Below are positions 43,548 through 53,401 of a stretch of 64,000 bases of DNA, one piece after another. Below the pieces are notes generated by a model. The model saw only the letters and a list, made by a program, of their open reading frames with translations, was not told the DNA's origin and searched no databases. Where the stretch lies: positions 64,001-128,000 of the forward strand of contig CAVRFW010000003.1 in NCBI GenBank assembly GCA_963720565.1, in the 5' to 3' direction. Source of the stretch: Candidatus Bathyarchaeota archaeon (GTDB lineage: Archaea > Thermoproteota > Bathyarchaeia > Bathyarchaeales > Bathycorpusculaceae). Within the stretch, counting starts at the first letter, position 1. Each line of letters starts with the position of its first letter. A program made the position numbers and the translations under genes.

Positions 43548-44036
43548 GTGGTTGGAAAGGTTGAAGAGCGCAAGTGTATTGTTGCCGTGAAGGTCCGTGG
43601 CACCATTAGCGCACAGCGTGAAGCCATTGAAACGCTAAAAATGCTTCATTTGACAAGGACAAATCATGCGGTATTGATTGACAATCGCCCGGCTTTTCAA
43701 GGTATGCTTCAGAGAGTACAGAGCTACGTGACTTGGGGCGAAGTGACTAAAGAGACCGTAGCTTCAATGCTGCAGAAGCGTGGAAGACTTGTTGGTGACA
43801 AAAAAATATCAGACGAGTATATTCAAAAAATAGGCTTCAGCTCAATTGAAACTCTAGCAGATGCCATAGCAACATGCAAAGTAGAGCATCAGAAACTGCT
43901 CAGTATGCAGCCAATTTTCAGATTGCATCCTCCAAGTAGAGGCTTCAAAGGGAAAACGAAAAAGAATTATCGCGCCGGCGGCGAGGCTGGATATCGCGGT
44001 GAAGCCATAAACGAGCTCGTAAGACGTATGGTCTAA
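43548..44036 (+). CDS. rpl30: 50S ribosomal protein uL30 (long archaeal form)
   Basis: VRG, TL.ML.L, YVTWGE, FRLHPP..GF, GYRGE.IN.L. Confidence 0.95.
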   Translation: MVGKVEERKCIVAVKVRGTISAQREAIETLKMLHLTRTNHAVLIDNRPAFQGMLQRVQSYVTWGEVTKETVASMLQKRGRLVGDKKISDEYIQKIGFSSIETLADAIATCKVEHQKLLSMQPIFRLHPPSRGFKGKTKKNYRAGGEAGYRGEAINELVRRMV

Positions 44037-44049
44037 GACTTTGTTCTAA

Positions 44050-44071
44050 CGCGCTTTAGCCTTTTTTTCTT
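44050..44071 (+). terminator. T-rich terminator-like tract after rpl30
   Basis: CCTTTTTTTCTT ~25 nt after the stop codon. Confidence 0.45.
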
Positions 44072-44201
44072 GCAGACACAGTAGACAGACTGGCAGTTCC
44101 ATGACAACATAGAAAGTACCATGATAATCAATTCTGAATCCTAATCAGCGCTTCGCATTGTTTTTATAAGCTAAATTCCACACTGCTGAGAAGGTTCCGC
44201 A

Positions 44202-44813
44202 ATGATGATGGATGTTGCAGCGTTCAAGTTAACTCAGTTTGCTGTCCTGCTCGTTTTTGCCATATTCATATCAGATTTTAGGAAAAAGAAAGGCATAACG
44301 CCGCTTGTCAGCGAAAGACTGACCCTGCTAATGAAGATATCCTATTTTGTTCCTTTGATTGCCTTTGTGTACGTGCTAATCACGCTAAACACTGTTTTGT
44401 CCTTCGACATTATAACGTTGGGATTGACCTTTATTGGGACAGCCATTGTCGTCAGAGCGAAATTAGATCTATCACGGCACCATACTTGGACAGGATATTG
44501 TTTGCATGGTTCAAAATTCACAACCAAAGGCATCTATGCCTACATTCGCCACCCCATTTACACTGGGATATATGTTTTTGTAATAGGTGGCTTCTTCACA
44601 GTAATTCCGCACGCAAGCTGGCAATTATCAACAACACTAGCGGTAACTGCCCTCTTTTGCATGGCATACATAATGGCTTTCCTCGCACTACTTGCAAACA
44701 AAGAGACCAACACGCTGCTGCGCCAACACGGTGTGAAATTCCAAAAATACAAAGAGAAAGTTCATCCCTTTTTTCCGCTGAGAAAATACAAAGTTACAGA
44801 GACAATCGGCTAG
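44202..44813 (+). CDS. Isoprenylcysteine carboxyl methyltransferase / PEMT-like membrane methyltransferase
   Basis: Several TM helices; T.GIYAYIRHPIYTG; E...L...G..F..Y...V..FFP. Confidence 0.82.
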   Translation: MMMDVAAFKLTQFAVLLVFAIFISDFRKKKGITPLVSERLTLLMKISYFVPLIAFVYVLITLNTVLSFDIITLGLTFIGTAIVVRAKLDLSRHHTWTGYCLHGSKFTTKGIYAYIRHPIYTGIYVFVIGGFFTVIPHASWQLSTTLAVTALFCMAYIMAFLALLANKETNTLLRQHGVKFQKYKEKVHPFFPLRKYKVTETIG

Positions 44814-44947
44814 AATGTATCCAAGCGTTCTCTTAGGTAATGAATCTAAGACAAATGATCCTGTAATGCTCTGTTTCTTCTCTTCTTTTAAATGCGATAC
44901 ATTTTATAGTTACTCTGAAGATGCCATTGTGAATAGGAGAAACAGAC

Positions 44948-45400
44948 TTGAGCGCGAAATGGCGGAGAAGCAAGAAACATATGCGATGGCTAGATTTTCC
45001 GGATATGGAAAAACCCAGCGCCCGACTTGCACCTAAGACGATGCGACTAGACCCAATTCGAACCGCCAGAACCGCTCACACTCAGAATTACCACATGCCC
45101 AGAAACTATCGCAAGAAGAACTGGAAAGAACCCAAACCACTTATTGACATCTTCCAAGAGAAAGCTTGGATTACAATAGTAGCGGAAATCGCAGGCTTTA
45201 ATAAGGAAACCCTCAAAATAGAGGTGAAAGACCAGAAATTAACCTTGTCTGCAAAAGCGAAAGATCGCAGATATTATAAAAGTTTAAATCTGCCGAAAGA
45301 AGTCATTCCAAACGTTATGCACACAACCTACAAAAACGGTGTGCTTGAAATCAAACTAAAGAAAGCCGAAAAAGAACCAACAATCAATAGAAGAAGTTGA
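44948..45400 (+). CDS. Hsp20/alpha-crystallin family protein with basic N-terminus
   Basis: PLIDIF, IVAEIAG, RYYKSLNLP, TYKNGVLEIKLKK. Confidence 0.88.
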   Translation: MSAKWRRSKKHMRWLDFPDMEKPSARLAPKTMRLDPIRTARTAHTQNYHMPRNYRKKNWKEPKPLIDIFQEKAWITIVAEIAGFNKETLKIEVKDQKLTLSAKAKDRRYYKSLNLPKEVIPNVMHTTYKNGVLEIKLKKAEKEPTINRRS

Positions 45401-45404
45401 AAAT

Positions 45405-45839
45405 ATGCCGCACAAACTTAGAAAGATTAGAAAAACCCGCGGGTCTAGAACTCAAGGCTACGGAAGAATAGGTCAACATCGTGATGCAGGATCAAAAGGG
45501 CATAGGAAAGTTGGACGCCACAAGCACCTGTGGAGCTACGTCTCAACATACGAGCCCGACTACTTTGGCAAACACGGCTTCACTTCACCCCAAAGCCTTA
45601 AACGCAAAGAAAAGACCCTCAACCTGGAGAAGCTTGAAGAACTATCTCACAATTTTCAGGTTGAAGAGGGCAAGCTGAACGTAGATTTGACTAGCTTGGG
45701 CTTCACCAAACTACTAGGAACGGGGAAAATCACAAAACCGTTAACCGTGACAATCGCAACTTGTTCAAAAACCGCAGCTGAAAAAATTAAGAAAGCTGGC
45801 GGAGAAGTATTGCTCGCGTCTCAGGAAAACGGAGAGTAG
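45405..45839 (+). CDS. rpl15: 50S ribosomal protein uL15
   Basis: RGSRTQGYG, FGKHGF, KLLGTG, A.EKIKKAGG. Confidence 0.96.
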   Translation: MPHKLRKIRKTRGSRTQGYGRIGQHRDAGSKGHRKVGRHKHLWSYVSTYEPDYFGKHGFTSPQSLKRKEKTLNLEKLEELSHNFQVEEGKLNVDLTSLGFTKLLGTGKITKPLTVTIATCSKTAAEKIKKAGGEVLLASQENGE

Positions 45840-45848
45840 TATTGCTAA

Positions 45849-47265
45849 ATGGCCGGAAGATTCCTAAGCCTTTTCAAGCCTCTCGGAAGAATACTTCCTG
45901 AGATAAAAGTCCCTGCTCGAAAGGTCAGCTTCAACGAAAAGATCTTCTGGACGGCCATAGTTTTAATCGTGTATTTGGTCATGTCGGAGATTTCCCTATA
46001 CGGAATTAGCTCAAACATACAAGACCAATTTGGCGCTCTTCGAGTAATTTTCGCTTCAAACCGTGGCACGCTGATGGAGCTAGGTATCGGTCCCATAGTA
46101 ACGGCAGGCTTGATTTTGCAGCTGCTTTCGGGTTCAGCAATAATAAACTGCGACATGTCTAACCCGGAAGACAGAGGACTCTTCACAATCGCTAGCAAAG
46201 TTTTCTCGATAGTTCTAACAGGAATCCAAGCCGGCGCATACCTGATAAGTGGCATGTACGGCAATTTCGGAGACCTAGGTACAGCTTCAATAGTGATATT
46301 CATACAACTTATAGCGGCAGGCATAATCGTAATGTTGCTGGACGAGTTAGTCCAGAAAGGATGGGGACTAGGCAGCGGAATCAGCCTCTTTATAATGGCA
46401 GGCGTTGCCCAAAACATCATGTGGTCCTCTTTTTCTCCACAGTCTGGTCTATTTGTGGGTTCGCTCTCCCTGCTGTTAGGCGGCGGTCAATCGTTAACGT
46501 CGTGGATAGTCGGCGAAGCATATGCAAGTTCGCTAATTGGTCTAATCGCCACAATAGGCGCGTTCTTGGCTGTAATCTACTTGCAGGGGGTTAGAATTGA
46601 ACTCCCATTGACATATGCTGGATACAAGGGTTTCCGCAGTCGGTATCCGATTAAACTCTTGTACGTTTCCAACCTTGCCAGTTATTTTTGCTTCCGCGCT
46701 TTTCGCCAACGTTTACTTCTTTTCCCAACTAATATGGAACACAAGCAACTCCAACAACTCAAACTTTTGGCTGAATCTTCTGGGTACGTATAAATACGTA
46801 ACTTCAGGCAATAGCACCAGCCTGCAACCATCAGGCGGATTGGTTTACTACGTGACGGCGCCTAACAGTCTTCAAGCAGTCGCCGCTGAACCAATAAGAG
46901 CTGCTGTCTACTTAGCCATCCTAGTGGGTTTCTGCGCTGCGTTCTCTCTTATTTGGCTTGAAGTTGGCGGTCTTGGTCCAGACAAAGTTGCTAAACAACT
47001 CATGGATGCAGGTATGCAGATTCCAGGTTATAGACGGTCGGGAAGACCAATTGAGGCAATTCTGAAGCGTTACATTCCAGTTGTCACAGTTCTAGGCGGA
47101 ATTATTATAGGATTGATTGCCGGCGTAGCGGATTTCCTGGGTGTTTTCGGCTCAGGAACAGGTATCATGCTGGCGGTGGGCATAATCTATCAGTATTACG
47201 AATTGCTAATGCGTGAAAGAGCTTCTGAAATGTTCCCTGCTTTCAGGAGAATTCTCGGCGAGTAA
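45849..47265 (+). CDS. secY: Preprotein translocase SecY, with a frameshift near 46675
   Basis: GTLMELGIGPIVTAG, GWGLGSGISLFI, YPIKLLYVSN|PVIF, GMQIPGYR, GSGTGI.L.V. Confidence 0.96.
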
Positions 47266-47320
47266 GGTTCCAAAGGAGCAACTGGGAACCGAAGTCCGTT
47301 TATTCTCTCTCCCTCTCATT
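47266..47320 (+). terminator. Hairpin plus pyrimidine tract after secY
   Basis: GGTTCC...GGAACC inverted repeat followed by TTTATTCTCTCTCCCTCT. Confidence 0.4.
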
Positions 47321-47625
47321 TGGGCATGATAGCTTGGTAGTCATCTTCCAGAAACTACGTTTCTATCCTACAGTTTTTCTTTAGGCGGCAGTACGGTGTA
47401 GCATAGTGAATATTGGTCAACTATTACCAAAACACGACCACTTCAGAATTACAGTTCATTATCGGAAGATTAGAATGTGTTAAAAAGAGATGTAAAACTG
47501 CCTTGAATTAGTTCTTTCTGAAAGCAATGTTTTTCCATGAGAGTGCCTGAAACTGAAAATGGTTATTAACAAGAACACAAATAGGCTTAAAAGAGTCTGT
47601 GACAAAGCGGGGAAAAAAGTAGACA

Positions 47626-48105
47626 ATGTCAGCTATTGATATTTCAATTATACCGTTTTCAACAGTGTTGATTTTGCTAATTACATTTGCTGTTTCACTA
47701 ATCAACATGATTATCAACCGCGTGTTGGTTAGCCGTATGGTGGGCTGGGAAGAATACAGGGCAATGCAGAAGGAAATCGCTGAACATCGTTCTCAGACTA
47801 TGAAGGCGGTGCGGGCAAACGACAAGAAAATGGTTGAGAAACTGAAAAGGAAAGATGCACAGATCAACCAAATGCAAATGAAGATGAGCAAACCCCAGAT
47901 GCTACTTTTGCCAATTAGTTTTGTTTACATACTTATCTGGTGGTTCTTTCTAAATCCAGCATACATAACCCCTGGAGGAATTGCGATTCCTGTGGCAATC
48001 GTGCCTGGAATAGGTGGAATACCAGTGCTTTACTGGTACATGCTCTGCTCTTTCATGTTCGGAACACTAGTCTCTAAAATGTTAGGCGTAACCCCGATTG
48101 AATAG
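47626..48105 (+). CDS. DUF106 / EMC3-TMCO1 (Oxa1 superfamily) membrane insertase-like protein
   Basis: TM, coiled coil (MQKEI..MK), TMs ending WY.LCS; usual position downstream of secY. Confidence 0.88.
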   Translation: MSAIDISIIPFSTVLILLITFAVSLINMIINRVLVSRMVGWEEYRAMQKEIAEHRSQTMKAVRANDKKMVEKLKRKDAQINQMQMKMSKPQMLLLPISFVYILIWWFFLNPAYITPGGIAIPVAIVPGIGGIPVLYWYMLCSFMFGTLVSKMLGVTPIE

Positions 48106-48132
48106 TGTTGGCTGCTCTGCTGAGGTTGCGTT

Positions 48133-48747
48133 ATGGACAAACCTGTAGACGACAAGTATTGTGTTGGAAAGAGAATAGTTGTTTGTATTTCCGGAATGGC
48201 TGGAACTGGAAAAAGCACCCTATCCAGGAAGCTTGCCCAAAAATACAAACTTCGGCATTATTCAGGTGGCGATGCTCTGAAGGAGTTGGCTGCAGAGGAA
48301 GGCTACACTGTATCTGGTCCTGGCTGGTGGGAAAGCTCTGAAGGTCTCAGTTTCCTGGAAAAGAGAGGAAAAGACGAAAAATTCGACAAGGCAGTAGATG
48401 ACAAGTTATTGGAATATGCTAGGCAAGGCAACGTTCTCCTAGACAGTTGGACAATGCCTTGGTTACTTCCATATGGCTTTAAAATCTGGTTGTCTGCTTC
48501 CGTCGAGAAAAGAGCAGAGAGAATTGTCAAACGAGATAATACAACTATCAGAGAAGCCTTGGACGTCATGAAAGAACGAGAAAGCAAAACCAAGGCTATC
48601 TACCAGAAACTCTATGGCTTCGCGCTTGGTGAAGATTTCGCGCCTTTCCATCTTGTTATGGACACTGACAATTTGGATGCAGATGAGGTTTTTCGGGTTC
48701 TCTGCAAAGTATTGGATAATATGGTGTTCAGTAACAAAGACCGGTAG
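48133..48747 (+). CDS. cmk: Cytidylate kinase, archaeal type
   Basis: ISGMAGTGKST, SGG..K.LA, RAERI..RD, Y..LYG; usual position after DUF106. Confidence 0.88.
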   Translation: MDKPVDDKYCVGKRIVVCISGMAGTGKSTLSRKLAQKYKLRHYSGGDALKELAAEEGYTVSGPGWWESSEGLSFLEKRGKDEKFDKAVDDKLLEYARQGNVLLDSWTMPWLLPYGFKIWLSASVEKRAERIVKRDNTTIREALDVMKERESKTKAIYQKLYGFALGEDFAPFHLVMDTDNLDADEVFRVLCKVLDNMVFSNKDR

Positions 48748-48847
48748 TTTTTCAACAGCCTTGATTTTTCTCTTGATTGAGTCTACCGAGTTTCTACTGC
48801 TATTTTAGTGGGGAGCAAAATCTGTTTACTTTTATGTCCAAAATCCG

Positions 48848-49939
48848 TCAATTTCTGTGAAGGTTAACCAAGCCTTGAGGTTTGGAGCTGTTTTTCTTTA
48901 AGAGGAACCTTGCATTTTTCCATTGGTCCCTAGCTAGCGTCAAGTTACCGTATGGTCCACCGTGAAGTGAATAGAAGATGTAGCACAAGTAGGTGCATTG
49001 TGTACACTCGTTGTAGGTTTTGCGTAGCGAGTTGAATTGGTCGCTCTTCCATATTTTGGGTAAGTCAAATATGGACGCGGCAAAGTTGTTGTTGTGACAT
49101 CCGGCTATTCTGCCTAGATGGTCTACGACGAGAAAGTTCTGAAGGGCGTGGCATTTCCATGTTCGTTTGCCTTCTTTGTAGAGGCTTTTCATGGTGTTTA
49201 GCAGTTTGTTGGTTATCAATATGTTTTTGTTTTTCTTTTTCATTTCCTTAAGGGAATCACAAAGTTTTGCCATTGCCTGCGAATCTGTTATGGTGAGTTC
49301 ATCATTGTTCTTGCCAATTCTAAAAAGTTGATTAACATCATTTGACTCATCGAAAGTATAGAGGCAATACCAAACCGGAATCCCTTTCTGTGAAAAGAAA
49401 TTTGTGATATCTACTATCTCATTCAGGTTTAGCTGCGAGATTGTAGGCGTAACACTAACATTTATTCCTTCATTGTGTAGTGTTTCAACAGTTTCAATGG
49501 CCGTTTTCCAAGAGCCTTGTACACCTTTTATGTAGTCATTTTTTTCTGGATCTAGGCTATCGATTGAAATAGCTACGAAGTCTACATTTCGTAAGGCATC
49601 AATTTTCTTGGCAGCCATGCTCCCGTTGTCGTATACTGTTGTAACGAAAAAGCGCGAGGCATAGTTGATTATCTCATCTATGTCTTCTCTTAAGAGAGGG
49701 TCTCCTCCAGACAGCACGAGTTCGACGACCCCGAGGTCGTTCAGTATTTCCAGACCTCTTTTTATCTCGTCTGTGGATAGTTCTCTTTGGTCTTGCTCCT
49801 TCCAGACGTTACAACCTCTGCAATGATAGTTGCATTTTCTTGTTATCATCCACTGAGCGTGATGAGGCTTGCTAGGAAGAAGTGAACGTGCTGCAACAGT
49901 CGCTGTTTTCCTGATTCTCGAGGTCAAATAATGTTTCAC
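48848..49939 (-). CDS. Radical SAM protein with C-terminal SPASM/twitch-like Cys cluster, function unknown
   Basis: CNYHCRGC, SGGDPLLR, ISIDS, C.A......DHLG.I.GC...CTQCTYLC. Confidence 0.85.
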   Translation of the reverse strand: MKHYLTSRIRKTATVAARSLLPSKPHHAQWMITRKCNYHCRGCNVWKEQDQRELSTDEIKRGLEILNDLGVVELVLSGGDPLLREDIDEIINYASRFFVTTVYDNGSMAAKKIDALRNVDFVAISIDSLDPEKNDYIKGVQGSWKTAIETVETLHNEGINVSVTPTISQLNLNEIVDITNFFSQKGIPVWYCLYTFDESNDVNQLFRIGKNNDELTITDSQAMAKLCDSLKEMKKKNKNILITNKLLNTMKSLYKEGKRTWKCHALQNFLVVDHLGRIAGCHNNNFAASIFDLPKIWKSDQFNSLRKTYNECTQCTYLCYIFYSLHGGPYGNLTLARDQWKNARFLLKKNSSKPQGLVNLHRN

Positions 49940-50222
49940 TAACCAGATTCGTCTGTGGTAAAATATTCAGACCGCAACTATAAAAACCATAGTGCACTAT
50001 TTGGGTCAACCAAAAGACCAACAGTTCGGTACGGCAGAACTTGAGAGAAATATCCATTTATCAGGAGGAGCTTTCGCCAAGCTTTTTAGGGTGGAACCGT
50101 GAGAACCATACACCAAGTATGCTCAATGAAGCTGGTCTGATTGGCTATCTGAGTACAACCAGGACACTATAGAAAGGGAGTCAGGGCTAGCTTCAGAAGA
50201 TTTGACTAAGGAATAATGGAAT

Positions 50223-50966
50223 GTGACTATGGATCCCATTGATGTAGTGCTGTTGACGAAAGATAGCGAACGAATTCTCGAGGGTTGCCTCAAATCGGTT
50301 TATCGGAACGTCCCTGTCAGAAGACTCATTGTTGTTGACGGTTACTCTATAGATAGGACTATTGAAATTCTACGCAAGTTTAACGATGACTACAAAAATG
50401 TTAAAATCATTTATGACCGCGGAACCCGAGCAACTGCTAGGCAGAAAGGAATTGAAAATGTTGAAACTGAATGGTTCATGTTTGTAGACAGCGACGTCGT
50501 TTTATGCAGAGATTGGTACGGGAAAGCCTTGAAATACGTAAACGCTGATGTTGGAGCGGTATGGGGCATAGAAGTATGGTCGACTATTAGGAACCAAGCA
50601 ACACTGAAAATGTTTTTACGTATAACTCGCAAATTGTTCGAGCTCCGCGGTGGAACACATGACACACTTATCCGGACATGCTTGGTGAAAGACATTCGAA
50701 TCCCGAGAGACCTCCACGTTTTTGAGGACGCTTATGTGAAAGACTGGATAACTGCGAAAGGTTACCGCGCTGTTGCGTGTTACGATCCATACTGTATCCA
50801 TTTCAGACCAGAGAACGTGTGGACCCTGAAAGGAAGTCTGTCCCTAATAGCTGACGCTATGAGATGCGGCGGTCCAAGTCTCATTGTCAGACTAACACTC
50901 GCCTACGGTTTCTACACAGCATATTCAATGTATCAATTGTTCACAAATAGGAGCAGAGGATCCTAG
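50223..50966 (+). CDS. Glycosyltransferase family 2
   Basis: IVVDGYS.DRT, ARQKG, FVDSD. Confidence 0.85.
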   Translation: MTMDPIDVVLLTKDSERILEGCLKSVYRNVPVRRLIVVDGYSIDRTIEILRKFNDDYKNVKIIYDRGTRATARQKGIENVETEWFMFVDSDVVLCRDWYGKALKYVNADVGAVWGIEVWSTIRNQATLKMFLRITRKLFELRGGTHDTLIRTCLVKDIRIPRDLHVFEDAYVKDWITAKGYRAVACYDPYCIHFRPENVWTLKGSLSLIADAMRCGGPSLIVRLTLAYGFYTAYSMYQLFTNRSRGS

Positions 50967-51195
50967 ATTGGTACAAGCTTGTAGGCAGAAGTTCACCTTT
51001 CATAATCAACTGGACTAAATAGATAGGATACAAAATCTATTGTGATGGCGATACTTTTTGCATTTTAAGTCCCTGCAAACTGTAACTTGCACAGCGACTT
51101 AGTTTATTTTCACATTGGTGGTATACGGATTTTGTTACCCGTTTTTCATTTTCAATTGGTTTGTTCTGTTGGCAATTGAAGGCGGCAAAAAGTTT

Positions 51196-52203
51196 TCAGC
51201 GATTTAGTGCGGTCCAAAGATGGTCTGATGTGGGTCTAGGCAGGGTTCTTGTTTCGCCGTTTTTGGACACCAAAACTCGTTCATTTGCATTTTCCAGAAA
51301 TTCGCCTATGAGCGAAGCTTGGATATGGCTCAATTTCAGGTTTCTGATTATCTTGTTTGCGGTTTTCGGCTCTGCAGAAATAACCAGGGCTCCGGAGCTT
51401 ATGAGTTTCAGTGGATCTAATCTGAAGTGTTTGCAAATCTTCGCCGTTTCAGAGGCAATGGGGATTTTCTCTTCAAAGATTTTTACTCCCAAGTGTGAGG
51501 CATCTGCCATTTCGTTGATTCCTCCCGTTACACCGCCTTCTGTCGGGTCGTGCATTGCGTGGACTCCTCCTGTTCTATAAGCTGTTAGGGCATCTTTTAC
51601 CACACTTATTCGTTCGTAGAATATCTTGGCGTTCTGCAGATCCATTGTACTCATGGTTTTTTTAAGTTCTTTCTCACGGTCGGTGGCCAGAATAGCGGTA
51701 CCTTCTATACCGGCCGTTTTGGTTAGGATGAGTTTGTCTCCTGCTTCTGCCCCGCTGGCAGTTACATATTTGCCCTTTTCTGTTAAGCCTATTATGCAAC
51801 AAACGACTATGGGCCTAGTCAAGCTGGGTGTTACTTCGCAATGCCCGCCAACGATGGCTACACCCAGGTTTTGGGCTGCAATGTTCATCTGATTGCTAAT
51901 TGTCTCGACTAGTCCCTTAAGTGCACCATCAGGTAGGAGTATGCATGAGAAAAGAAAAGCGGGCTCAACACCAAAAGTGGCTATATCGTTAGCATTCACG
52001 TTGACAGCTAGCCAACCGATTCGTTCGACAGCTCCAGTGATGGGATCCATTGACACTATCAAGGACTTATCTCCCACGTCTATAACCGCGCCGTCGACAC
52101 CGACTGACGGTCCAACTGCTACTTCCTGACGTGAAGCACCGAGGTTCCTGAAAACGACTTCTTTTAGAATGTCTACGGGAATCTTCCCTTGGGGTAATCT
52201 CAT
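51196..52203 (-). CDS. AIR synthase-related protein (HypE/ThiL/PurM superfamily)
   Basis: GP.VG.D, DPITGA, NANDIA, IVGGH.E, MHDPTEGG; lacks the HypE C-terminal PRIC. Confidence 0.85.
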   Translation of the reverse strand: MRLPQGKIPVDILKEVVFRNLGASRQEVAVGPSVGVDGAVIDVGDKSLIVSMDPITGAVERIGWLAVNVNANDIATFGVEPAFLFSCILLPDGALKGLVETISNQMNIAAQNLGVAIVGGHCEVTPSLTRPIVVCCIIGLTEKGKYVTASGAEAGDKLILTKTAGIEGTAILATDREKELKKTMSTMDLQNAKIFYERISVVKDALTAYRTGGVHAMHDPTEGGVTGGINEMADASHLGVKIFEEKIPIASETAKICKHFRLDPLKLISSGALVISAEPKTANKIIRNLKLSHIQASLIGEFLENANERVLVSKNGETRTLPRPTSDHLWTALNR

Positions 52204-52229
52204 CTTCGCTCACCTGAAACGTTGTATAT

Positions 52230-52763
52230 CTAGCTTTTAAGTTGTGGGAAAACGCGTAAAACAATGTGAACGATGGGCATCGCTATCACCAAGCCAACGA
52301 GCATCTGTACGATGTTAAATGGAACCTCGATAAGTGCTACAGCAAATGGATAGCCTAGTACCATTTGCTCGTAGACAAAATAACCCGCAACCATCAATAA
52401 TCCTCCGGGAATGATGGAAACAACAGCCCGTAGGTCGGTGTTCGATATTTGTTTCCGAAGACTCATGTAAAGAAAGCCCACAATAGCGCCCTCACAAACT
52501 TTAATTAGGAAAGTTCCGGGCGCAAATTGCGCTGTTCCTGGGATAAGTATATCCGCTATTGTAGCTCCAGCGCCGGCGAACGCTCCTACGAATGGACCAA
52601 ACATCAAGGCAGCAAAGTAGACTATAATTTCGCCCAAATTGAAGTATCCACTTGTGGCTGGTACATAAATGACAAAAGAGTAAGTAGCGATAAACACCAA
52701 AGCTGCCAAGACTGATCCCAAAGCTAGTTTAAGTGTCGGCCTTGGAGAATTCTCCTTTTTCAT
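52230..52763 (-). CDS. ECF transporter S component
   Basis: AALVF.AT, GYFNLG, FGP..GA, AP.T..IK..EG, P.N..Q. Confidence 0.85.
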   Translation of the reverse strand: MKKENSPRPTLKLALGSVLAALVFIATYSFVIYVPATSGYFNLGEIIVYFAALMFGPFVGAFAGAGATIADILIPGTAQFAPGTFLIKVCEGAIVGFLYMSLRKQISNTDLRAVVSIIPGGLLMVAGYFVYEQMVLGYPFAVALIEVPFNIVQMLVGLVIAMPIVHIVLRVFPQLKS

Positions 52764-53401
52764 TATTCTCTCACTGTGTTTTTTTGTGTTTGTTCTTTTA
52801 TTATTCTCTCAGCTACTGCTAAATCATTTTGTGTATTTATGTTCAGAAGTACCCCAATCTCTTCGGTTATTATGGCACTAGTGTCTATTTTTCCCACGTT
52901 TCGAATTCTTGCACCGTTTATTATGTTCACTCCAGAGACAGCATACATTATGCCATTGTACTCATCTGTGGATGAAACTGAAAGGTTGAGCTCTTCACGT
53001 GCTTTTATGGGAACAAAAACAGCTAATGCATCTTTCCTACATTTTGCGAAAACTGAAACTACCTTGTCTATGAATTCTCCCGTTAAAGCTGGCAAATCAG
53101 AGGGAATAACCAAGACTGGACATGGCAAATGAGCTTTTAGGATAGCCTGTCCTAAATCGTCATGATAGCTTCTACCGTCAGTCTTTATTACTGGCAATCC
53201 GTCGCTCATGCATTTTGCTTCTGTGTCAGGTGTGTTTGGGCTGGTCACGACGAAAAATTTTGAAACCTTTCTCGCAGACCTAGCTGCATCCACTGCATGC
53301 TCTATGAGGGGCTTGCCCATGAAAGGCAACAGTGGTTTCTCACCAGTTAACTCCATCCTTCTGCCTTTGCCACCTGCCATTATTAGAGCAGGAACTTTCA
53401 A
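52763..53401 (-). CDS. CobY-like nucleotidyltransferase (second paralog)
   Basis: MAGGKGRRM....EKPL, SPNTP.T, SDLP, G.NII, NINT..DL. Confidence 0.85.
   Translation of the reverse strand: MKVPALIMAGGKGRRMELTGEKPLLPFMGKPLIEHAVDAARSARKVSKFFVVTSPNTPDTEAKCMSDGLPVIKTDGRSYHDDLGQAILKAHLPCPVLVIPSDLPALTGEFIDKVVSVFAKCRKDALAVFVPIKAREELNLSVSSTDEYNGIMYAVSGVNIINGARIRNVGKIDTSAIITEEIGVLLNINTQNDLAVAERIIKEQTQKNTVRE

Noticed and set aside
51196..52203. Second hypE
   Set aside because: It lacks the C-terminal PRIC cysteine; a true hypE is at 34153..35223.
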